Assembly (NCBI RefSeq): GCF_009914755.1
Contig: NC_060939.1
Reading direction: 5' to 3' (one strand)
Length of the DNA stretch: 64,000 nucleotides
From: the human T2T-CHM13v2.0 reference genome, Homo sapiens
Shown here: positions 43,665-56,013 of the stretch, piece by piece
Layout of the letters: each line of letters begins with the position of its first letter
Numbering within the stretch: the stretch's first letter is position 1
The notes under the pieces: model-generated
What the model was told of the DNA's origin: nothing
Database searches by the model: none
Seen by the model: only the letters and a program-made list of their open reading frames with translations
Position numbers and translations under genes: made by a program

Positions 43665-44687
43665 TCATGCTTGTATAAATCCAGCTTTTTTTGTATCATG
43701 CTTGTATTTTTTTTTTCTAGCTGTTATTGCTTTTCTGATAATAGTACTGAATTTGGTGTTATGGTTGGTCATTTTCTTCTAGATAATATGTAATCCAAAA
43801 TATTCTTTTTTTTGTTTGTTTGTTTGTTTGTTTGAGACGGAGTCACGTTCTGTTGCCTGGGCTGGAGTGCACTGATGCAATCTTGGCTCACTGAAATCTC
43901 TGCCTCCCAGGTTCAAGCGATTCTCCTGCCTCGGCTTCCTGAGTAGCTGGGACTACAGGCACCCGTTACCACGCCCAGCTAATTTTTGTATCTTTAGTAG
44001 AGACGGGGTTTCACCATGTTGGCCAGGCTGGTCTTGAACTCCGGACCTGGTGATCCACCCACTTCGGCTTCCCGAAGTGCTGGGTTTACAGATGTAAGCC
44101 ACTGCACCCGGCCTATTCTTTTCTTTACATTTTAGATATTGTTTTGAGTCAGCTTATGCAAAAGTACCTGTCCTAATCTTTCTGTTTTTATTTTGTATTT
44201 CTAGGTGTCTCTATGTTGTCTCCTAGAGTGGGTAGTCCTGCTTCTTTTACCCAGTTACTTTCCCTGTTTTTGAAATGTGGCTATCACTTCTCTACACATT
44301 ACCTCCATGATTTGGAATGGAAAAGGCCACTTTTCTTTTTGTTCTGCCTCTCAAATTCAACACAGAGGAGCTCCTAGGATTCCAGTTATCCTGCTAACAT
44401 CTCCAGGAAGAAAGAAGCAACTCACATGGGTCTTTTGCTGTTTGCTTAATTATAAAGACATCATTTTGCAAGCAGAAGGCTGAGTTTCATTTGAAACAGG
44501 TGCTTAGGTGGTGGTATTTGTGAATACTTTTCATTCCAAGCAAGAAGACTAAAGAAGTAGCAAGTATGAATGACTTCAGGGTTTAAAAAAAATGTCTTCC
44601 AGTTTCAGCCACTACCATGATAAGCACAGTTGAGACTGCAGCAGTAAATTCCAAATATGTGTTTCTAATTTGACGTGAAAGATACTA

Positions 44688-45211
<524 letters not shown>

Positions 45212-45282
45212 TTACTTTTTTTAATAAACGCATAAGATTAACTCTTCCTGCAACCCAAGGTGGATACTTGGATGTTTGATTT

Positions 45283-45450
45283 TTATTTATTTATTTATTT
45301 ATTTTTTGAGGCAGTCTCTCTCTGTTGCCCAGGCTGGAGTGATGCGTGATTTCTGCTCACTGCAGTCTCTCCCACCCGGGTTCAAGCGATTCTCCTGCCT
45401 CAGCCTCCCAAGTAGCTAGGATTACAGGCGCGCACCACCACGCTCAGCCT
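45283..45450 (-). mobile_element. Partial Alu (right arm), antisense, in OIP5-AS1 last exon
   Basis: (TTTA)n tail followed by the reverse complement of the Alu right monomer. Confidence 0.9.
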
Positions 45451-45761
45451 GATTTCTAGGCTGAAAAGGCTGGGACTCAGGTACTTTCCCCAGTTGGGAC
45501 TGAACTTTCTCATCAGAGAATGGGCCTCAGAAGCAATGTTCCCAAACTTGTGGTTGGGTCATCGTGGAAAAGAAACCTCAAATAAGAAAAATAATTACAA
45601 TAAGAAATGGATTTTCTTTTTTCCCACAACAGTTATACATTATAAAGAACAGACTGTCGTAGAAAACTGTCTTTGCTTCCAAATCAGCAGAGGACCATTG
45701 TATGTATTGTCAGGTCTTTATATAAGAGTGAAACCTTTATTTATGCTTCTTGTGAGTAGAG

Positions 45762-45767
45762 AATAAA
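45762..45767 (+). terminator. Proximal poly(A) signal of OIP5-AS1 (short isoform)
   Basis: AATAAA with tandem TGTA at 45699-45706 upstream and a GU/U-rich tract (ctgtgtttt, ~45815) downstream. Confidence 0.65.
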
Positions 45768-46659
45768 TTTTAAAACTAATTAGATGAAATTAAGAACAGA
45801 GTATTGGAACATCTCTGTGTTTTCCGGAATGTTTACTCAGGTCCATGAATGCTGTGATGCTGGGAACTTAGGGAAGATTCACCAAAATTTGAGAGTGATA
45901 AAAATGGCCTAAAATGGGAAATGGTGAGCACTCTTATTATTAGTGAGATTGGTCAATCAGCCCATTTGAAATGGGTAAAAAATACTTTCAGTAAAATAAT
46001 TACATATTATATATAAAATATTTCTTTTTTTGAGGGCAGCTACTGAGTGATAAAAGCATAGTAGAAATCACTTTGGTTAAAAGTAACTCAAATTTTTCTC
46101 TTAAGTAATCTACCAACTTCCTGATGTTTTTCTTTAATATTTTGGAACTGTTCAAGACAGAATGGAGCCTACATATATGGTGTTCCACTAGTATGTTGAA
46201 AATGTCATATCATGGAGAATGGAGACACCTTCCAGGTGTCTGTTAAACCCATCTTCTCTGTGTACTTCTGGCATCTTTTTTGGTAGGATCATTTGGCAGG
46301 GGGTAGAGTACCTGTACTTTTGGCACCATTGAAACCAGCTCTGGCCCACTTGTTTGAATAGCTATCAGACTCAGCGTCTCTATATGCTTTATATACAGTT
46401 GAGAGAACCAGTGTTTAATGCTCTTGAAATTGTATCTTCCATGCTTCAGACCAGATGCATTTAACAAAATGGATATATTCCAGCTGTAGTTGCCCAGTGT
46501 TTACTTAACACATCTACATTTTTTTCTTGTCTATTTTGGTCCCCTTGATAGGAAAAGCTATAATTTTAGGCAGGACTATACGTCGATTTGTAGCCATGCT
46601 TCCTTCCTTTCCCTTGCTCATCCATGTTAGCTGGCAGTTTTTCTTTTGAAAAGTTAAAA

Positions 46660-46676
46660 CCGGGATATGTGCAATA
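46660..46676 (+). promoter_or_regulatory. miR-25/32/92/363/367 8mer site with 3' supplementary pairing to miR-92a/b
   Basis: GTGCAATA at 46669-46676. CCGGGA at 46660-46665 complements miR-92a nt 12-17 (UAUUGCACUUGUCCCGGCCUGU, recalled sequence). Confidence 0.8.
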
Positions 46677-46738
46677 GAAATATATATATATATATGTATA
46701 TTTTAATACTTGTGGACAAATGTTACAAGTTGTTTAAG

Positions 46739-46764
46739 AACAACAAAATCACCAATGTCTTCCA
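46739..46764 (+). promoter_or_regulatory. Cyrano miR-7 TDMD trigger site
   Basis: AACAACAAAATCAC-CAAT-GTCTTCCA against miR-7-5p UGGAAGACUAGUGAUUUUGUUGUU: 8mer seed, 14 bp perfect 3' pairing (nt 11-24) and a central 4x2 internal loop. Confidence 0.97.
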
Positions 46765-47154
46765 TTTTGAGATGTGTATAGTTTTGTAAGCATTAGTGCT
46801 TGGTAGCATATTGTAGTGCCATGTTAGGGGTTAGTGCATGAGTCTAGTGATTTTAAACTTCAGGATGAATTATTGATAATAACAAATAGTGTAAAAAGAG
46901 TGGAAAATCTAAACCTTTTCTTTTTCCATAATGTCTAAATCTGTTATATTCTTCCTGGGGAAAAGAGATTAAGGCCCAAAAGACTCATTTATGAATAGAA
47001 ATGTGGGGTCAAAATCTGAGATACTATATTTGAGGACATTTCAGCTTTCCATAAGGTATCTGGAAACCAGCTGTCTTTGTGTCTTATGAAACCTCAAGTC
47101 AAAATGAGACCGCATTTAATTATTCTGCTTTGCTCTTTTTTTGGGGTGGGGGGG

Positions 47155-47568
<414 letters not shown>

Positions 47569-48132
47569 TAATTTGGAGTATTCAATTATTTGTTAGGGCT
47601 CTTCCTATTTCCAAATGTGCTGAATTGTCTATTGATGGGATTTTCAGATCTTTTCATGAGAACTGGAAATGTAGCTGGGTGGCACCTACCTAGGTTGCTA
47701 CGTAGTGAGTAGACTTTCTCTTGGGTATAGTAAGCCTCAGACAGCTTTCACTTTTATCTACTTTACTTGTGGAAATAAAACAGTCATTTTGTTCTGAAAG
47801 AATAAGATAGCTTTCTGTAGAGAAGGAATTCCTACCTCTAAAAGCTGCCTTGAGAACTCAGAACTGGCAGTTTTCTGAGGTGATTTTTAAATTTCAGTAT
47901 TAGGGAGAGTCCAGCATTTGCTGACACAGATTCTACATAACTAATGTATGATAGCAAATGCAAAACTATTATAATGTGGTGTATCTTGCGCATACACAGG
48001 TTAGAACAAGTAGACTCTGGCAGCAGATCTCCAGAGACCCAAGTTTAGGTTCTCATAGTGTATTTGAAGTAGTTATACTCCTGGCTTAAGTAGTTTAGTG
48101 CCTGGGAGAATCCATTACTGAAAAGCATTTAA

Positions 48133-48164
<32 letters not shown>

Positions 48165-48377
48165 TGAAAAGGTAGTGAATACAGAATAGCACAATATATA
48201 GGAAAGGATATTTCCTGTTGAAAAAAAAAGCCATAAAATTAATAGTAATTTTCAAGAGGTAGAATTTTAGTAGCAATAAGTTTGTGCATGTATAGTAATT
48301 TGCATTAGCAAGGTTGTACAATAGAATAAGTGATACTACTGGAGTTTGTGGGGCTCTGCAACCAAGAGTTGCACAAG

Positions 48378-48668
48378 GGCCAGGTGCGGTGGCTTACACC
48401 TATAATCCCAGCACTTTGGGAGGCCAAGGTGGGCGGATCACAAGGTCAAGAGATCAGGACCATCCTGGCCAACATGGTGAAATGCCATCTCTACTAAAAA
48501 TACAAAACTTAGCTGGGCATGGTGGCACATGCCTGTAATCCCAGCTACTCAGGAGGCTGAGGCAGTAGAATCACTTAAACCTGAGAGGCGGAGGTTGCAG
48601 TGAGCTGAGATCACACCACTGTACTCCAGCCTGGTGACAGTAAGACTCCACCTCAAACAAACAAAAAA
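48378..48668 (+). mobile_element. Alu, sense, in OIP5-AS1 last exon
   Basis: Alu consensus with flanking tgcacaa repeats. Confidence 0.93.
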
Positions 48669-51402
48669 TGCACAAAAGGAAAAAATGTTCTGGATAAAGA
48701 GCATATGAAAGGTACTTTCTTTTAGAACAGTATGAATGTATATGAATTTATCTTTATGTGAGAAATAATCTTTTTTGTAAGTTAAAGGTTAAAGACCCTG
48801 CTTGTTTCCTAAATCAGAGGGTTAGAGCTGTTGAAATTAAACCTTTATAGTGCTTAACCTGGAAACAAATGTACTACAGCCCCACTGAAGCCGCTCTATG
48901 GGTTTTTTGCTTACGATGTTTTAGCAACAGGCATTTATTTTGTAGAATGGTATACTTTCTGCTTTGTCTCCTCATCTTTCTCCACTGGTTTCCTGGGTAC
49001 ATTTTTTTTAAAGGGAGAGAAGTTTGTGAGTTTAATGTTTTAAAAAAACTCCCAAGAACATGGATAAGCCGGATTTCTCTCATGCTTATGATTAGGGAGT
49101 TAGGATTTAAAGATGCAAAGCAGAAGGACTGAAAGGAATAGCCAGTGAATATGTTTCAGTGGGTGAGGTGTGAAACCTTGTCTAATATAGATGTGTCCTA
49201 TGGCCTGTGACTGCTTATTCTTTATCAATGAGAACTCAGCAAACTAGTTTCTTTCTTGATCTGAGGAACCACACAGCTCACATCAGAATATAATAGTGGA
49301 ACTAGGGTGACTTCACTCCCTTTCACCTGATGTCTATCTTGGCCTTTTAGCACCTTGACTATCCCTGAAAAGACTGGGTCTTTGTTTTCCCAGGGAAAAA
49401 ACGAAGTGATGTAGATCTAAGAAATAGTGCCTCTTTAATATTTAATTCTTACATGACAACTAACACACAGGGAAAAGGCTATGTTAAGTTGATTATAGCT
49501 CCTCTTAAAATGTCCTATGCTGTCAGTTGGTCTTAGAGACATGGGAATAACCAAGCAATATTCAGACATCTGCACTATCTGGGGACAGCGCTACATAGTA
49601 CAATGATGTCAGCAGTTCAGTTACTTGGAACAATTAAAGATTACCCTTAACAGCCATGTTAATACATCTAAATGCTAAAATATACTACGAGTTTTTCATA
49701 GTCTTGAAAGTATACAGTTAATTACTTTTCAAAGTTACTGTGGTCTCATGTTTACTCTTCTTGTATCTGTGATATGCAAAAAGATGAAGACTCTTGGCCT
49801 CCAGGAGTTTACATTCTCATGGTGCTGTTGGTTCAAGCAGATTGCTTTAGTTTATTAATGAACATTGCTTGGCTATTAATTATATCCTATTTGGAAGGAT
49901 CCCTTGGTGAACAGTTTTAAAAAGCAGAGGGCTGTGCTAAATTTCAGGGTATTGATAGCTTGAGTTTACATTGTATTAGCCCTGCTCGTTATCATTTTTT
50001 TCCCCAGGGAGCTATGCAGGTAATGCTCATTAGCATGAATCAGAAAAGAAACCATTCTGCCTAAGAGCATCTTAACCATCCCCCTAAACCACCTATGCTC
50101 TCCTGTTATAGTTGTCAGTAAATCACGAAGAAAATTAACAGCTCCTTAAGACTCTACATCCCTCAATTCTCTTTCTTTTCCCAGAGTTTGTACATCATTC
50201 TCTACTCAGATGGACCAGGATTTGCATATAAGCCTTTTAAAACTGACTAGTGGTCCTAATTTTAACATTTTTGTGTATGACTCCTATCCCTTTTCTGAAG
50301 CAGCATTGTGATAGATGTGGAGCTTCTACCTGCATTTCTAAGCAATTATTAACCCAACTTTTGAGTTGAAACTTGCATGGATCCTTGTTATGTCCCGTAA
50401 TTCCTCTGAATCAAGGAATTTATTTTGCATGCTTATTAAACTCAAACTGGGTCTGATTGAAAGTGCAAGCAATAGTGACAGGACCTTAACTCTGGTTTTA
50501 GAGTACGAACATTCTAATGCATGACTCAAAATGTCCAGTGTTGTGGTTACTAGTTATTTTATATATGCATTTGTTAATAATGAAGCAATAGAGACTAAGA
50601 CCAATAGCTTGAATATATTCAGATTATTTTCATGTTTTAATAAAGGATTTTTCTTACTTCCATTGAAAATGGGAAGTAGAAGATAAACAGGGGCAACCAC
50701 AAGACATTCAAACTGTCAGGACTAGGGCGTAGCAGTGCCCACCCTCTAACCACTTGCCTGGTTCCATTAGTCCCCAAGCATGTTTGAAAACAAAAGACAC
50801 AAACTAAGCATGCTGAATAAAACTAGCTGCTATGGCTGTAATAATCAGAAAGGTGCAGAGTTTCAGAAAGAGTAGGAAAGTAGGGAATGCCAGTATGGAG
50901 TATGTAAAATAACTAGATATGGATATGGGGTTTGTTTATGATATGCTTTATGTAGACAAAGTTTGAGGTCTTTTAAAACTGGGATTTGAGTTGAAAAGAG
51001 TCAGGATGCACATATTTCCACTATTTCAGGATTTTCAGATGACTAGGCACATGTTGTGGATGATACTGGTACCAACTACCAATGACCAACTATAAAGTAC
51101 CCCTGCAATAAGGGAGACTTCCTTTTTGTAGAATAGTCCTGAAAATACTGACAGATCTGTGGTTAGTTTGTTATTTTATTGCATAAAAAACAGTTTAAAC
51201 AAATTTTATAGCCAAAGTTTTATCCTTGATGGGTTTGGCCAGACTGCAATTTCTTGACTAAAGCTTTTAATGCCAGGTTAAACAGGAGAAACTTTTTCCA
51301 CTAGAAGAAAATCCTTGCTATCTATTTTTTCCAATAGAAGAAAATCCTTGCTATTTATTTTATTTGATGAATAAACAAATTTATTGCAGTAGCTTAAAAA
51401 AA

Positions 51403-51660
51403 TTTTTTTTTTAAACAGTCTCACTCTGTCGCCCAGGCTGGAGTGAAGCAATGTGATCTCAGCTCACTGCAACCTCCACCTCCCGAGTAGCTGGGATTAC
51501 AGACATGCACCACCACCCTCAGCTAATTTTTGTATTTTTAGTAGAGACGGGGTTTCGCCATGTTGGCCAGGCTGGTCTTTAACTCCTGGCCTTACGTGAT
51601 CCGCCCCCCCTTAGCCTTCCAAAGTGCTGGGATTACAGGTGTGAGCCACTGCACCTGGCC
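51403..51660 (-). mobile_element. Alu, antisense, internally deleted, in OIP5-AS1 last exon
   Basis: Reverse complement of an Alu with flanking agtagcttaaaa repeats. Confidence 0.9.
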
Positions 51661-52665
51661 TGTAGTAGCTTAAAATTTTCCTTGAGAAAATTCCTGACTT
51701 TAAAAATAACCCTTATATAAGTACAAGTGATTGTGACAAATGACGTAAAAATGGCATTCATGATGTCTGAAACAAGCCTAAATAGAATTCAAGATTAGAC
51801 TAAATGATTTTCACAAAGCACATTCAAGGTTTTACATTCTATGATTGAAAAAAATTTTTTGAAAACTTTTTATTTCATTCTTTCCTGTAGGATTTTGCTA
51901 CAAATAACTTTGGGAATGAATAAAGTGGAATGGTAACTTTCCAGTGGTTCAGAATTGAATTAGACTTCTTGTGACTGTGATGTTTGGTTTCCATTGAAAT
52001 ATATGAAGTGAGATGTCATATCCTGAATATAGTTTGTCTTCCCCAATTACTTGATAGCATGTCTGTCAGCCAGTAAAGATTAAGAACAGAGTTTCTCTAA
52101 ATTCCTCCGATTATTCCACTAAGGCACATTAAAATACTTAATTTTGGGAAACCAGACATCACAGATTTCTCCATGAAGTCCTAAATCTTCTTTAAAGTCA
52201 GAATAGGTATCTTAGTTACTGACAGTATTCAGGTTTTTTTCTCCCTTGGTGATATGTCATTCCATCAGTGAAAAAATATTTTCTCCCAGGGATAAGAAAG
52301 GTATTCTGGTAATACATTATCATCAATCCTTAAACAGTAACAGTCTTGGCACTTATCACAAAACCGACCCATTTCTTATAACCAGAAAGATTATCTTAGA
52401 CTGTCCTTCACATTATACTTTACCTACTGCCTTGTAAGAATAAGAGTTGCTCACTGTGTTTACTTGCTGTCCTCCATATTCTCCATTGCACCATTGGTGT
52501 ATAACGTTAAGAGTTTCATTGAATATTATTTTAAGTATTACAAAAGGCAGCTTGCTTCTTAATCTATGCATCTTTGGGGTTTTTGAAGAAATTTAATTCT
52601 TTGATGTAAAAAGGAACTGTTAAAAAAGTTGGAAGCTCTGCACCTGTGTATATATATATTTTAGC

Positions 52666-52671
52666 AATAAA
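52666..52671 (+). terminator. Distal poly(A) signal of OIP5-AS1 (long isoform)
   Basis: AATAAA, with TGTA at 52605 and 52647 and downstream ttgtgtgtcgtt at ~52704. Confidence 0.75.
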
Positions 52672-55431
52672 GCAGCATGGGCTGAGAATGCACTGAAATC
52701 TCATTGTGTGTCGTTACTTGAAATGGGTAATTTTAAATAATGCAGTACATACTGATGATGGGAGAAGGAGCCTTTCCAAAGACCTGTGCCAAAGTACTCT
52801 TCAGATGTTAAAGAACAAAGGACCAGGTTACTTGAGACCTAGCTGTAGCAGTTTCCAGTGTGTTGTACAATGGAACAGGCAGCCATTCAAACCTCAATAT
52901 GTAATGCTGCTTTTACAGCCATAAGGAGTTTTGGAATACTTTTTCTAACATATTTGTAATTGCCTTTATTTTGTGTCTCTGTGTATCCACATACATGGAG
53001 TTTAATAATAGTATTCATTGAGCACCAACTATGTGATAAGCACTGCTCTAATTACATTAGATGCATTAATTAACTCATTTAATGCTCACTACAGCTCTAA
53101 TTACTATAGTTTTTATCCCTATTTTACATAGAAGGAAATTAAAACAGATAAATTGTTCCAGTTCATGGCTAGTAAGTACCCAAGCCACAGTTTCAATCCA
53201 GTTTGGTTCCAGAGCCTGCTCACTTACCAGGATGCTATATTGTGCTTCTCAAAAAATAGAAAGGGAAGAAGTATACTTTCACTCTGTATTTTGTCACACA
53301 TCTCTTTTTTCTAGAGTGAGCATGTAATCTGAAAAAAATCTATTTAAAGCTAGCCAGTTTAATTTGACGTAAAGGTCAAGCATTTAATTTTATTTATTTA
53401 TTTATTTAGAGACGGAGTCTTGCTCTGTCGCCCAGAGCAACCAGGGGTGACTCAATGTGGTACTTATTAGGTCTTTTTTTTTTTTTTTTGAGACGGCGTC
53501 TCACTCTGTCACCCAGGCTGGCATGCAGTGGCATGATCTTGGCTCCCCACAACCTCTGCCTCCCAGGTTCAAGCGATTCTCCTGCCTCAGCCTCCCGAGT
53601 AGTGGGACTACAGACACACGCCACATGCTCAGCTAATTTTTGTATTTTTAGTAGAGACAGGGTTTCACTATGTTGGGCAGGCTGGTCTGGAACTCCTGAC
53701 CTCGTGATCTGACCGCCTTGGCCTCCCAAAGTGCTGGGATTACAGGCGTGAGCCACTGCACCTGGCCTATATTAGGTCTTATTCTTTAAAAAGTAAAAGC
53801 TTTTATTGGGCTGGTTTTTGCCAGAAAGCATCAACCTTGCTTATAGGACCAAATTTTTGCAACTCTACGCATAATCAGACCTGGCACAATGGCTCACCGC
53901 TGTAATTCCAACACTTCAGAAGGCTGAAGTGAGGATCCCTTGAGCCCAGTTTGAGCCCACAGTGAGGCCTTGTCTCTACAATTTTTTTTTTTTTTTTAAT
54001 TAGCCAGGCGTGGTGACACAAACCTGTGGTGCCAGCTATTCAGGATACAGTTGGGAGGATCACTTGAGACCAGGAAGTCAAGGCTGCAGTGGGCCATGTT
54101 CACACCTCTGCACTCAGGCCTGGGTGACAGAGTGAGACCCTGTCTCACCACCCTCCCCTCAAAAAAAGCATAAGCAGGCCAGTCGCAGTGGCTCACGCCT
54201 GTTATCCTAGCAGTTTGGGAGGCCAAGGTGGGTGGATTTGCCTGAGCTCAGGAGTTCGAGACCACCCTGGGCAACACGGTGAAACCCCGTCTCTACTAAA
54301 ATACAAAAAATTAGCCGGGCGTGGCGGCATGCACCTGTAATCCCAGCTACTCAGGAGGCTGAGACAGGAGAATCGCTTCAACACTCGGGAGATGGCAGTT
54401 GCAGAGATCAGGCCACTGCACGCCAGCCTGGGCGACAGAGCAAGACTCCATCTCGGGAAGAAAAAAAAAAAATTTATATATATATATTCTGCTAGCTACA
54501 TCCCAGCCAAGTTAGCTTTTCTATCCTCCACCACTTGGATATGTAATTTCTTGATTGTGCTAGTGCCAAAGGCTCTCCTTAGTGGTCTGCTTGCTGTCCT
54601 TCCCACCTGTTTTCCACAGGACAACCACAGTGACATTCTGAAAAAGTAAATTTGATTAGGCAGGCCTTCTTTTAAGGACCTCATAAAGGTCATCCCTCCA
54701 TCACCTTATTAATTCCTATTCGTCTTTCAGACCACCGCTGAAACTTCACTTCTACACAGAGGCTTTCTTTCCCAGAAACCCAGACCAGGTCAGTTACCTG
54801 CTTTATGTGCGTGTATCCCTATGTTCCTTTACTTCAAAACCCTTACTAGCGTCATAATTTTACATATCTTTTTTTTTTTTTAGATGGAGTTTCACTCTGT
54901 CGCCCAGGCTGGAGTGCAGTGGCACGATCTCGGCTGACTGCAGCCTCTACCTGCTGGGTTCAAGCAATTCTTCTGCCTCAGGTTCCTGAGTAGCTGGGAT
55001 TACAGGTGCGCACCACCATGCCTGGCTAATTTTTGTATTTTTAGTAGAGACGAGGTTTCACCACGTTGGCGAGGCTGGTCTTGAACTCCTGACCTCAAGT
55101 GATCCACTGCCTCGGCCTCCGAAAATCTGGAATTATAGATGTGAGCCACTGCGCCAGGCCTGTAATTTTATGTATCTTTATGTGATTATTTGAATGTCCC
55201 TCTCTGACTAGATTATAAATTCTAAGGATAGTGTGTCTATTTTTGCTTACCTTTTATCCCCAGCACCTAGTCTAACACTTTACAAATATATATTAAATTA
55301 ATATTTTGATAAGTTACTCAAAGTGCTACATAAAACAAAATTATAGAAAATAGTACTTTGGTAACTGTTTCGTTTTATCATTGCTTTCATTATTTCTCTG
55401 TTAACCTCAGTTTACAACTGAAAAAGACAAA

Positions 55432-55917
55432 TTGTATATTATTCAGGCAATTTATTAAACATTACCTATAGAATATTATGATCTGTATTTTACAGAAGTT
55501 AAAAAGTGATGTATTAGTATTCATAACAACTGCTCCATGCAGGAGTAATAGAAGTCAACATTAAGCCCAACTCTATTTTCAGACCAACCATGCAACTTTA
55601 GATCAGAGGACACATGGGACTCTGCATCTTAATTCCTAAATTTACAGTCAAAGACATTTTCAGAGATAAGTATTATGAATTCAATAAGAATCTAAAGTAA
55701 GTTCTTAAGGCAAATAGCTATAAAAGAGAAGAATCCTTAGTCTCTCATCTTCTAAAAACAGCTTCACAAATAATTTGGAAAATCAGCCTAAAGGTAAATA
55801 GAAACTGCATTTCCCCTCCATTCTTGAAGCCAATCTTTTTCAAGAAATGACTAAGCAGCACCTGTTGTTGAAGACAGCAATAAAGCCTGAACCTGACACT
55901 CAAGCTTTGGTACAGGA
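55432..55917 (-). other. OIP5: OIP5 3'UTR with poly(A) signal (plus-strand tttatt at 55451-55456)
   Basis: Follows the stop codon on the minus strand, with AATAAA on the minus strand. The end is approximate. Confidence 0.8.
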
Positions 55918-56013
55918 TCAGTTTTCTGGCTTGGACTGGTCAGGAGTCACTTCACTCAGAATCTTCATTAGTGATTTTAAGCGATTGTGCGTTAGCACTA
56001 TCTTCTCTTTCAG
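55918..56013 (-). CDS. OIP5: OIP5 (Mis18beta) last coding exon: LKEKIVLTHNRLKSLMKILSEVTPDQSKPEN-stop
   Basis: Minus-strand acceptor ttcctag|CTG and TGA at 55920-55918. Matches the OIP5 C-terminus. Too short to appear in the ORF track. Confidence 0.95.
   Translation of the reverse strand: MKEKIVLTHNRLKSLMKILSEVTPDQSKPEN

Noticed and set aside
46729-46860. A miR-7 gene/pre-miRNA hairpin
   Set aside because: The miR-7-identical pieces lack the seed and are split and out of order. There is no continuous ~60-70 nt precursor stem.
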